This document shows, one piece after another, positions 7,571 to 16,791 of a stretch of 55,503 nt of DNA (position 1 is its first letter; the number at the start of each line of letters is the position of its first letter). The notes below the pieces were generated by a model. It was not told the DNA's origin. It did no database searches and saw only the letters and a program-made list of their open reading frames with translations. Made by a program: the position numbers and the translations under genes. This stretch comes from an uncultured Gammaproteobacteria bacterium (GTDB lineage Bacteria > Patescibacteriota > Patescibacteriia > Patescibacteriales > WJLG01): assembly GCA_964395625.1 (NCBI GenBank), contig CAYNAR010000008.1, forward strand, positions 1-55,503, read 5' to 3'.

Positions 7571-10510
7571 ATGAAAATAACCGATTATCAAGCAAAATAT
7601 TTCGCCCACGAGCTCACGAAGCGCTGTGCATCTGATAGCCTAGAAAAGCTTTCTTCTACGCTTTCTAATGCCCAAGTCGACCTTAATCCTCATCAGATCG
7701 AGGCCGCTCTTTTTGCTTTTAAATCTCCTTTGTCAAAAGGCGCCATTCTAGCCGATGAAGTCGGTCTTGGAAAAACAATTGAAGCTGGTCTTGTGCTATC
7801 TCAAAAATGGGCCGAGCGGAAAAGAAAGATTCTTTTGATAATGCCATCCAGCTTGAGAAAACAATGGAATTCCGAACTGCAAGAGAAGTTTTTTTTGCCA
7901 TCAATAATCCTTGAGAAAAAATCTTTCAATCAAATTATTAAGGATGGCAACTTGAATCCCTTCAATCAAGAGGACGCAATTGTTATTTGTTCATATCATT
8001 TTGCAAAAGCTCAGGCGTCGTATATCAAACAAACACCTTTTGATTTGGTTGTTATAGATGAAGCACATCGCTTGCGCAATGTTTATAAAACAAGCAATAA
8101 AATTGCTAGGGTGATAAAAGATGCCATTCAAGAATATCCAAAATTGCTTTTAACAGCTACGCCACTACAGAATTCTTTGCTAGAACTCTATGGCCTCACT
8201 AGTATTATTGACGATCATATTTTTGGCGATTTGAATAGCTTTAAAGCCAATTATGCCAAGGTTTCGCGCGAGCAGGATATTTATGAAAGCGAACTCGGTC
8301 AGGTTGAGCCGAAACAAGAAATGTTTGCCGATTTGCGCAACCGATTACAGCCAATCTGCAAGCGCACTCTTCGCCGTCAGGTTCTGGAATATATCAATTA
8401 TAAAGACCGTAAACCGATTACACAGGACTATGTTCCGACGGAACAAGAGATACAGCTCTATGACGGAATGACAGAATATTTGCAAAGGCCGAGGCTTTAT
8501 GCCTTGCCTTTCAGCCAGCGCCAGCTCATGACGCTTATTTTGCGCAAACTTTTGGCCTCATCTTCCTTCGCTATTGCTAGTACGTTGGACGGTTTAGTGT
8601 TTAAGCTGGAAAAGATGGAGGAAGAAATAAAAAAAGAAGTGGAAATTATAAAAGACGAATTACCTTTGGGTTTGGAAGATAATTATGAAGCTTTGGCGGA
8701 CACGGTTGACGAATGGATTGATGACGAAGAGACGGAAGAGGATGAAAAAACAAAAGAGAAAAAGAAATTAAAGCTGGAGGACATTCCGAATATTCAAGCA
8801 GAAAAAAAGGATTTGGAAAAATTTAGGGAACTTGCCAAGGCCATTTTTAAAAATTCCAAAGGAGAGTCTTTGCTTTTGGCCTTAGGGGAAGGTTTTAAAA
8901 TGACGGCCACTCTTGGCGCGCAAAAAAAAGCCGTTATTTTTACCGAATCAAGAATTACTCAAGATTATCTTTGGAAATTACTTTCTGAGAGCGGCTATAA
9001 AGATAAAATATTGCTATTCAACGGCTCTAATAGTGATCAAAAATCCAAAGATATTTATAGCGCTTGGTTTGAGAAAAATAAAGATAGTGACAAAATAACC
9101 GGCTCTAAGACGGCCGACTTGCGCGCGGCGCTGGTTGAATATTTTAAGTCAGACGCGGAAATCATGATTGCTACCGAAGCGGCCGCCGAGGGTATTAATT
9201 TGCAATTTTGCTCTTTGGTAATCAATTATGATTTACCCTGGAACCCGCAAAGAATTGAGCAGAGAATCGGGCGTTGTCATCGCTACGGCCAAAAGCACGA
9301 TGTGGTCGTGGTTAATTTTGTTAATCGTAAAAACGCCGCTGATTGCCGTGTTTACGAATTGCTTGATCAAAAATTTAAGCTTTTTAAGGGTGTTTTTGGC
9401 GCCAGTGATGAGGTTCTTGGTAGTATAGAGTCAGGAGTTGATTTTGAAAAAAGAATTGCCGCCATTTATCAATCTTGTCGAACCGAAGCGGAAATTAATA
9501 AGGCTTTTGATGATTTGCAAGTAGAGATGGACAGGCCGATTCAAGAGGGGGTGCGAGCGGCCAAAGAAAAGCTTTTGGAAAATTTTGATGCCGATGTGCA
9601 TGAAAAACTTAAGATAAATTTGCACGAGAGTCGCGGTTATTTGGAGAATTATCAAAAATGGCTTTGGGATGTTTCTCAATATTTTCTTGGCGACAAAGCC
9701 GAATACGCGGAGAATGAGTATTCTTTTACGCTTAAGCAAAATCCTTTCCCTGGCGAAGATATTGAAGAAGGGCCGTATAAAATTGCCAAAAATATCGAGG
9801 ATGCTCATGTTTATCGTCCTGGACATCCGTTAGCTGAGAAAATTTTAAGCGCGGTCAAGGCGCAAGTCTTGCCAAAGGCTGAAATTATCTTTGACTACAC
9901 TAATCATGGCCAAATAATTTCCCCGCTAAAAGAATTGGTTGGGCTGGGTGGTGTAATGCAAGTATCTGAATTAACGATTGATTCTTTCGAGGTTGAAGAT
10001 AATATTTTGATTACCGCCATAAAAGATAACGGCGAGATAATAGGCGACGATATTGCCAGGAAATTATTTTCTCTTAGTTCTGAAATCAGCCAAGATAAAA
10101 TAGAAATAGATAGTGCCCGGCTGCAAAAAGAGGAAGAAGAAAAAATAAACACTCTTACCACTAGTATTGCCGCGCGCAACAGCGAATTTTTTGATGAAGA
10201 AGTCGATAAGCTTGATAAATGGGCGGAAGACGTAAAAAAGAGCTTAGAAATAGGATTAAAGCGTCTGGATATTGAGATTAAGGCGAAAAAGACCAGTGCT
10301 AAAAAAGTTCTTAATCTTGAAGAGAAAGTAAAATTGCAAAGAGAGATAAAAGATTTAGAAAAAAAGCGCAACGAAATGCGCCAAAAATTATATCAATCGC
10401 AGGATGAGGTGGACGAAAGAAAGGGTGGTTTATTGGATAAAGTTGAAGCGCAGCTTAAGCAAAAAACTAACTTGGAAAAATTGTTTACTATAAAATGGAA
10501 GGTAATTTGA
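7571..10510 (+). CDS. SNF2-family helicase/ATPase (RM-associated, DrmD-like)
   Basis: LADEVGLGKT, DEAHRLRN, LTATPLQN, ATEAAAEGINLQ, EQRIGRCHRYGQ; coiled-coil C-terminus. Confidence 0.9.
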   Translation: MKITDYQAKYFAHELTKRCASDSLEKLSSTLSNAQVDLNPHQIEAALFAFKSPLSKGAILADEVGLGKTIEAGLVLSQKWAERKRKILLIMPSSLRKQWNSELQEKFFLPSIILEKKSFNQIIKDGNLNPFNQEDAIVICSYHFAKAQASYIKQTPFDLVVIDEAHRLRNVYKTSNKIARVIKDAIQEYPKLLLTATPLQNSLLELYGLTSIIDDHIFGDLNSFKANYAKVSREQDIYESELGQVEPKQEMFADLRNRLQPICKRTLRRQVLEYINYKDRKPITQDYVPTEQEIQLYDGMTEYLQRPRLYALPFSQRQLMTLILRKLLASSSFAIASTLDGLVFKLEKMEEEIKKEVEIIKDELPLGLEDNYEALADTVDEWIDDEETEEDEKTKEKKKLKLEDIPNIQAEKKDLEKFRELAKAIFKNSKGESLLLALGEGFKMTATLGAQKKAVIFTESRITQDYLWKLLSESGYKDKILLFNGSNSDQKSKDIYSAWFEKNKDSDKITGSKTADLRAALVEYFKSDAEIMIATEAAAEGINLQFCSLVINYDLPWNPQRIEQRIGRCHRYGQKHDVVVVNFVNRKNAADCRVYELLDQKFKLFKGVFGASDEVLGSIESGVDFEKRIAAIYQSCRTEAEINKAFDDLQVEMDRPIQEGVRAAKEKLLENFDADVHEKLKINLHESRGYLENYQKWLWDVSQYFLGDKAEYAENEYSFTLKQNPFPGEDIEEGPYKIAKNIEDAHVYRPGHPLAEKILSAVKAQVLPKAEIIFDYTNHGQIISPLKELVGLGGVMQVSELTIDSFEVEDNILITAIKDNGEIIGDDIARKLFSLSSEISQDKIEIDSARLQKEEEEKINTLTTSIAARNSEFFDEEVDKLDKWAEDVKKSLEIGLKRLDIEIKAKKTSAKKVLNLEEKVKLQREIKDLEKKRNEMRQKLYQSQDEVDERKGGLLDKVEAQLKQKTNLEKLFTIKWKVI

Positions 10511-10549
10511 TTTTGCCTTAATTTTTAAATAAAATTTTTATATATAGTT

Positions 10550-12016
10550 ATGAAGGATGATGAAATTGTCAAGATATTTTTAGATACTAACGAATGGTCA
10601 GCTTTTGAATGTAAGCGTGCGGCCGTTGATCCGTCAAAACTTCTGGAGACGGTAGTGGCGTTCGCTAATACCGACGGCGGTTTTATAGTGATTGGACTTG
10701 AGGATGAAAAGAAGGCTGAGGGAGAAAAAAGATTGATTGGCATAAGCGAAAAGCCGGATAATGTTTCTGATTTTTTAAAACTTTTGGAAAAAGAGATTGA
10801 TCCGCCGCTGATAGTTTGGTCAAAATTTGATCTGGATATTGTTAATATAAGTGGTCAGCCGGATAAGCTACAAGTGATTAGTGTTCAAAAAAGCAACGAA
10901 GTCCATTCTTTAAAGAAAGGTGATACTTTTGTACGCAGAGGAAGTCAAAATATTAAAATAGGTTCTACGGAAATAATGCGCCTTAAATATGAAAAGGGCG
11001 CCATTAAATTTGAAAATGAGAAATCGGGAATTTTAAAGCTGGATGATTTGGAAAATGTTTTGTTGGGAATTTACAAAAAAGATACGGGTAGTCAAGGAGT
11101 GGACGACTGGCAGTTTTTAAAAGACAATGGGCTTGCCACAGATAGCGACGGGCGATATGAATTAACTAAGGCGGGCGCTTTGCTGTTTGGAAAAAATCCA
11201 GCTGTGTTGTTGAAGAATAAATGCGGCATCAAGATTTCTCATTATTACGGGACGAAACCAAGTTATTCTGGCGAGCCGAATTTTGTCGCTCGTCCGTTTA
11301 CGATTGAGGGGCCGTTGTTGCGCCAGATAGAGCAGGCGATTGAATATTTTAGAAACGTGGTGAAAAATTCTCCGCCAAAGTTAAGCGGTGCATCTTTCAA
11401 TCCGTCTTTTCTAATACCGGAATGGGCTTTTCAAGAAGCAATAACCAATGCTGTTATTCATAGAAATTATTTTGTCCAAGATGATATACAAGTTAGATTT
11501 TTTGACGACCGCGTTGAAATTGAAAGCCCGGGAACTTATCCTGGACATATTACCACGGAAAATATTAGGAATGAACGTTTCGCGCGCAACCCGATTATTT
11601 TACGGACCTTAAATCGTTTTCAAACTCCGCCTAATTTGGATATTGGTGAAGGTGTTGACCGTATGTTTAAGATGATGCAAGAGAAGAATTTATATGAGCC
11701 TTTGTTTTATCCTCCGGCAGAAAGGCCGAATACGGTTTTGTTGGTACTTCTTAATTTGCAGAAAGTTGAATTTTGGGATACGGTTAGCAAATATCTCGAT
11801 GAGAATTATAGGATTACGAACAAAGATGCGCGCCGTATAACCGGAGTAAGTGATACGATTAAAATGTCTCGGCTATTGAAGTTGTGGGTTTCTAAAGGCT
11901 TGCTTAGTAAGGTCGATTCTAAATTCAAAGGCGGTGTTTCTTATAAAAAAGTAGGCGTTAACATCCCTAGGAAGTTTGACAAAGCATTTGCAGGGGGTGG
12001 TGCAAATGGAAAATAG
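10550..12016 (+). CDS. AlbA_2 (Schlafen-like) domain + HATPase_c_4 + wHTH protein
   Basis: FECKR..LLETVVAFANTDGGFIVIGLED (AlbA_2), EAITNAVIHRNY..IESPG (HATPase_c_4) and a C-terminal wHTH-like segment. Confidence 0.85.
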   Translation: MKDDEIVKIFLDTNEWSAFECKRAAVDPSKLLETVVAFANTDGGFIVIGLEDEKKAEGEKRLIGISEKPDNVSDFLKLLEKEIDPPLIVWSKFDLDIVNISGQPDKLQVISVQKSNEVHSLKKGDTFVRRGSQNIKIGSTEIMRLKYEKGAIKFENEKSGILKLDDLENVLLGIYKKDTGSQGVDDWQFLKDNGLATDSDGRYELTKAGALLFGKNPAVLLKNKCGIKISHYYGTKPSYSGEPNFVARPFTIEGPLLRQIEQAIEYFRNVVKNSPPKLSGASFNPSFLIPEWAFQEAITNAVIHRNYFVQDDIQVRFFDDRVEIESPGTYPGHITTENIRNERFARNPIILRTLNRFQTPPNLDIGEGVDRMFKMMQEKNLYEPLFYPPAERPNTVLLVLLNLQKVEFWDTVSKYLDENYRITNKDARRITGVSDTIKMSRLLKLWVSKGLLSKVDSKFKGGVSYKKVGVNIPRKFDKAFAGGGANGK

Positions 12017-12109
12017 AAAGTGACTTTTACCCGATAAATAGGCAGTTTTACGCTATGATTCATTTGCAAGGGGGCGGATTTGATAGTTTTATTTTCATCT
12101 ATATATTTT

Positions 12110-13828
12110 ATGTCGTCAAATAAACAAAAATTAGAGCTTACTTGGATTGGCAAGAATAACCCGGAATACGATATTGCCAATATTGAGCCGCGGATTTTGG
12201 AAGAAAATCCGGAGCTTTCCAATTGCGCCAATGATCCAAATACGGAGAATATGATTATCCATGGCGATAATCTTTTGGCGCTCAAGGCGCTGCTGCCGGA
12301 ATACGAAGGCAATGTGAAATGCATTTATATTGATCCGCCGTATAATACCGGCAACGCCTTTGAGCACTACGATGACAGTGTGGAGCATAGTACTTGGCTT
12401 TCGTTGATGAAGCCGAGGTTAGAATTGCTAAGAATGCTATTAAGTGATGAGGGGGTTATTTATGTACAGATAGATTATATTGAGCAAGCATACTTGAAGA
12501 TTCTAATGGATGAAATTTTTAATCGTAAGAATTTTATTCAAATGGTTTCAATAAAAACAGCAACTCCTTCTGGTTTTAAAGTGGCGAATCCAGGTCCTGT
12601 TAATGTTACTGAAAATATACTTATTTATTCTAAAAACAGAGATACTTATAAGTATAAAAAAATGTTTGTTCCGTGTGATTTTCAAAAAGATTATAGCAAT
12701 TTTATTATCAATCCTGCGGATGAAGTTGAAAAATGGCAAATAGGAAAAATAATGGATGTTGTATTTGAAAATCTTGGGGTTGCCACTGCCTCTGAATTAA
12801 AAAATAAATTTGGGGATGCTTCAAAGCCAATTGTTGAAAAAATGATGGCAGAATTTGCGAAAGAAAACGCAGATAGAGTTTTTGCTACTTACGGTCCACA
12901 TAAACCATCGGGAGTGTTGAAAAAAATGATAGAAGAGTCAAGAAAAGAAAGAGGTAGGATTTTTCATCATGAGCGTAGTGGTGATGAGCCGTTTTACGTT
13001 TTAAACGGAAGGTTGTTCGCTTTTTATTCTAAAAAATTAAAAATGATTGATGGGGAAATAACTCCGACTCAAATGTTGACTGATTTTTGGGGTGATCTTT
13101 CTTGGGATTCGTTGTCTAATGAAGGTGGAGTTGATTTTAAAAATAGTAAAAAACCAGAATTTTTAATTAAAAGAATTGTTGAGATGTCTACCGATAAAGA
13201 TGATTTTGTTTTAGATTCTTTTCTCGGCTCCGGCACAACCGCCGCTGTTGCTCACAAGATGGGCCGAAAATATATTGGCATTGAAATGGGCGAGCATGCT
13301 TATACGCATTGCAAAGTACGCTTGGATAAAGTTATTGACGGCTCTGACCAAGGCGGTATTAGTAAAACCGTGGAGTGGAAAGGCGGCGGAGCTTATAAAT
13401 TTTACGAACTGGCGCCAAGTTTTATCGTCAAAGATGAATTTGGCAATCCGGTAATCGATAACTTTTATAATGATACCAAGCTAATCAAGGCGATGTGCAA
13501 GCTGATGAATTTTACCTATCAGCCCAGCCAAAGTCAGTACTGGAAGCATGGAATCGGCCAAGGCAAGAATTATCTTTATATCACCACTCAGCTTTTGACC
13601 AGCGGTATGGTTCAGCAAATTGCCGTCCATTTAGCCGATGGCGAATCGCTTATCATCTGTCCGAAAAAGTTTGAACCGGGCGCGGACAAAATTGACAATC
13701 GTATTACTATTAAAAAAATTCCGCAATCAATTCTTAAGGCCTGTTATTTTGGTAAAAAAGAATACCTGTTGCCAATCAAGGAGTCGGCCTTGGAAGAAGT
13801 AGAAAATGAAACAGAAGACGAAGAATAA
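12110..13828 (+). CDS. mod: Type III-like RM Mod subunit, adenine DNA methyltransferase (beta class)
   Basis: IHGDNLLALK, IYIDPPYNTG (motif IV), a central TRD and DSFLGSGTT (motif I). The start is placed at ATG 12110. Confidence 0.88.
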   Translation: MSSNKQKLELTWIGKNNPEYDIANIEPRILEENPELSNCANDPNTENMIIHGDNLLALKALLPEYEGNVKCIYIDPPYNTGNAFEHYDDSVEHSTWLSLMKPRLELLRMLLSDEGVIYVQIDYIEQAYLKILMDEIFNRKNFIQMVSIKTATPSGFKVANPGPVNVTENILIYSKNRDTYKYKKMFVPCDFQKDYSNFIINPADEVEKWQIGKIMDVVFENLGVATASELKNKFGDASKPIVEKMMAEFAKENADRVFATYGPHKPSGVLKKMIEESRKERGRIFHHERSGDEPFYVLNGRLFAFYSKKLKMIDGEITPTQMLTDFWGDLSWDSLSNEGGVDFKNSKKPEFLIKRIVEMSTDKDDFVLDSFLGSGTTAAVAHKMGRKYIGIEMGEHAYTHCKVRLDKVIDGSDQGGISKTVEWKGGGAYKFYELAPSFIVKDEFGNPVIDNFYNDTKLIKAMCKLMNFTYQPSQSQYWKHGIGQGKNYLYITTQLLTSGMVQQIAVHLADGESLIICPKKFEPGADKIDNRITIKKIPQSILKACYFGKKEYLLPIKESALEEVENETEDEE

Positions 13829-13840
13829 AAACTAAACATT

Positions 13841-16690
13841 ATGAATCCAGAAGAAGCTCTAAAATATCTCAACGGCGCTATGAGTCTGCGCGCTCCGCAA
13901 GCCAAAAGCTTGATGTTGTTTGCCGACTATCTGCAATCCGTTGCCGGGCAAAAATTATTAGGCCGGATGAAAAAAGATACGCGCGGAAATCTGGCTGAAA
14001 TATTAACCGAAAGCAAACAATATTTTAGCACCATTCCGGAAACACAAGAATTTGAAGAATTTGAAAGAAAATTTCCAGCCTATACTTTCGCTCTGGCTAC
14101 CGGCGTGGGAAAAACTCGCTTGATGGGCGCTTTTGTGGCTTATCTGTATTTGGTTTACAATATTCAGCATTTTTTAATCGTCGCGCCAAACTTAACCATT
14201 TATCGCAAACTCTATGAGGATTTTAGCCGAGCTAACAATCCAAAATATGTTTTTAAGGGTGTTCAAGAAATAAATATCAACACTGCTAAGGTAATTACGA
14301 CGGAAAATTATACCAACAAACGCGGACAAGCTCTTTTTGGCAATCAGATTGAAATTAATATTTTTAATATTCAGCAATTCGCGCAAAAGGATTTGGCCGC
14401 AGGAAGAGGTATCGTTAAGGGGTCTGAACTGTATGGCCAAAAAGAAGATGGCACATTGGCATCTTATTTTGATTATCTATCTGAGCATGAAGACTTGGTG
14501 GTTATGCTTGATGAAGCACATCATTATCATGCTGATGCCGCTCTCGGAGCTTTAGATGTTCTCGATCCGTTGTTTGGTTTAGAAATGACCGCTACGCCGT
14601 ATACGGGCGATACTGTCGGCAGGGGAAGGGAAAAAAAGCCGGTCAGAATGAAAAATGTTTTGTATTCATATAATCTTGGCGATGCTATCCGTGGAAAATT
14701 AGTTAAAGATCCCTGGGTTGGCACCGAAGCGGATGTTGATTTTAGCAAATTTGATTCTGATTCCATTGAAACCGATGCTAGAAAATTACAGCTGGCCGCT
14801 TTTTTTCATGAACGCGCTAAAAACGCCCTCAAAGAATACGCCTTGGAAAATAATAGGCCGATTGTGAAGCCGGTGTTATTGGTAGTGGCCAAAGACACGA
14901 CACACGCTGGAGAACTGCGTGTCTTAATTGATAGTGATGATTTTCGCGGTGGAGAATTTAAAGGAAAAGTTATTGAAATACACACTAAGCTTCGTGGCGA
15001 TGAGGCTGATGAAAATATTGAAAAATTAATTTCCTTAGAGCATCCCGACAATCCGGTAGAAATCGTTATTCACGTTAATATGTTGAAAGAAGGCTGGGAT
15101 GTGACCAATGTTTATACAATTGCTCCCTTGCGTGAATCAGCCGCCATGATTTTAACCGAACAAACAATCGGTCGCGGTTTGCGCTTGCCTTATGGCGAAC
15201 GAACCGGCGTGCCTTTGGTTGACCGTTTGGTTTTGGTTGCTCATGAACAATTTGCCAAAGTCGTCGCCTTGGCTAAAGATTCGCCTTTAATTCAGGGGCA
15301 AGTTGAACAAATTTCACAAACAGAAGTTAAAGAAAACAAAGTACTTACAGAAGTTCAACCGCTTGTTTTGCAGGAAGTTGCCAAGGAGATTAGACAAAAT
15401 GAAACAGTGATGAGAGAAGTTGAAAAGCAGGTGAAGGAAGAAATTGCCGAAATGCCGCAAGTCGAGGCAATGGATGAAGCAGTTAAGGAAAAAATAATAG
15501 AAAAAAAGACTGATGAAAAAATAAATAGTTTGTCGAAAGCCGCCTGTGAGATTAACACTTTTCCGCAATATCATAAGCAAGAGGAAATTAAACCGCTAGA
15601 TTCGTCTTTTTCTTCCAATATTTCGTTTGGATTTTTTAGTGATAAAGCAAAAGAAGAGCTTTCTAAAATTGTCATAAAAACAGGTGAAACAATGGAAAAG
15701 CGTAATATTCCGATTCCGCGCTTAATGTTAACTCCGCATTTTGGCGAATTGTTAATTGCCGATTTCGATTTGGATTTGAGCGCTTTGCGTTTTTATACTA
15801 ATGAGCGGGCAATTTTAGAAGAGCAATTACAAAACGATCGCGAGAAAAATTTGTTTAACGAAGAAGTTCCCGGAAGGCGAATGACTGAAGTGACCAGGGT
15901 TAGCAGTTTTGGGGCGCATACTAGGCAATCTTCGCAGAGTACTATTATTGCCGCGCTCTTAGATTTTCCTTTAGTTGATTATGATGATCCGGCCCAAAAA
16001 CCATTGTTATTAAAATTAGCCGAGCAGGCGGTTGCGCATTATCGTAAAAAAGCGCTTGATGAAGAAAACTTAGCTTTGATTATCGAAAGCAATGCCCGCA
16101 CTATCGGCGAGGATATTTATAAGCAGATTTTGGATCATAAAGAATTTAAATCCGAAGGATATCTGACATCTGATTTACGTGAACCAAAATCATATTTGGA
16201 ACAATATAATATTTCTTTATCTTTTGGTGAGAAGCCTGTTTCTTTGGAATCGCAAGTTGATACTTTTAGCGCTAAATTGACTTATGGTAATTTTCAAAAA
16301 GCTTGCCATTCTATGTATCGTTTTGATTCTTCTGATGAAGCGCGCCTGGCTTATCTTTTGGATAATGACGAGTTTGTCGAGGATTGGCTGCGTCCGGCAC
16401 CGAATCAATTTGAAGGACTTTTTTGGCGGGACGAAGAGGGGAATTCACAGCACAAATATGAACCGGATTTTGTCGTCGAGTTGAAAGATGAAATCGTAAT
16501 GGTTGAAGTTAAGCCGGAAAGCGAGATTGGTAATTTTGACGTGCAAGCCAAGAAGAAAGTGGCAGAGGAGTATTGTGAATCGGTAAATAAAAAAATCGGC
16601 AGCTTGGGGATTGTTAAGCCTTGGAGATATAAGATTGTTGCGACGACTGTCATATCTATTAGTTCTACGGTAGAAACTTTTTTTAGTTAA
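13841..16690 (+). CDS. res: Type III-like RM Res subunit: SF2 helicase plus PD-(D/E)xK nuclease
   Basis: ATGVGKT, LDEAHHY, MTATP, MLKEGWDV, EQTIGRGLR; C-terminal YEPDFVVELKDEIVMVEVK. Confidence 0.85.
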   Translation: MNPEEALKYLNGAMSLRAPQAKSLMLFADYLQSVAGQKLLGRMKKDTRGNLAEILTESKQYFSTIPETQEFEEFERKFPAYTFALATGVGKTRLMGAFVAYLYLVYNIQHFLIVAPNLTIYRKLYEDFSRANNPKYVFKGVQEININTAKVITTENYTNKRGQALFGNQIEINIFNIQQFAQKDLAAGRGIVKGSELYGQKEDGTLASYFDYLSEHEDLVVMLDEAHHYHADAALGALDVLDPLFGLEMTATPYTGDTVGRGREKKPVRMKNVLYSYNLGDAIRGKLVKDPWVGTEADVDFSKFDSDSIETDARKLQLAAFFHERAKNALKEYALENNRPIVKPVLLVVAKDTTHAGELRVLIDSDDFRGGEFKGKVIEIHTKLRGDEADENIEKLISLEHPDNPVEIVIHVNMLKEGWDVTNVYTIAPLRESAAMILTEQTIGRGLRLPYGERTGVPLVDRLVLVAHEQFAKVVALAKDSPLIQGQVEQISQTEVKENKVLTEVQPLVLQEVAKEIRQNETVMREVEKQVKEEIAEMPQVEAMDEAVKEKIIEKKTDEKINSLSKAACEINTFPQYHKQEEIKPLDSSFSSNISFGFFSDKAKEELSKIVIKTGETMEKRNIPIPRLMLTPHFGELLIADFDLDLSALRFYTNERAILEEQLQNDREKNLFNEEVPGRRMTEVTRVSSFGAHTRQSSQSTIIAALLDFPLVDYDDPAQKPLLLKLAEQAVAHYRKKALDEENLALIIESNARTIGEDIYKQILDHKEFKSEGYLTSDLREPKSYLEQYNISLSFGEKPVSLESQVDTFSAKLTYGNFQKACHSMYRFDSSDEARLAYLLDNDEFVEDWLRPAPNQFEGLFWRDEEGNSQHKYEPDFVVELKDEIVMVEVKPESEIGNFDVQAKKKVAEEYCESVNKKIGSLGIVKPWRYKIVATTVISISSTVETFFS

Positions 16691-16702
16691 TATAAATTGT
16701 AT

Positions 16703-16732
16703 TTGGCATTGAGTGGCTAAATTTGTTATAAT
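16703..16732 (+). promoter_or_regulatory. Putative sigma70 promoter
   Basis: TTGGCA-N18-TATAAT with an extended TGn motif. Confidence 0.55.
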
Positions 16733-16791
16733 ATAGTAAATACCTTTCCACTGGGCTGGTGTATTTGTTTATATTATAATCTTAGCCTATT

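Larger units (their letters stand above)
7571..16690 (+). other. Defence island: SNF2 helicase, AlbA_2 protein and type III-like restriction-modification
   Basis: Four co-oriented genes. Sample rows give about 35% GC against about 50% in host genes, and the host's frequent GTCG/TCGA/CGAT words are visibly rarer. No integrase or att site was seen. Confidence 0.75.

Noticed and set aside
12110-12420. Phase-variable simple sequence repeat in mod
   Set aside because: No tandem SSR tract is present in the 5' region.
7571-16690. DISARM system, or integrative element with att sites
   Set aside because: No DrmA/DUF1998/PLD genes, no integrase, and no direct repeats found by eye at the island edges.
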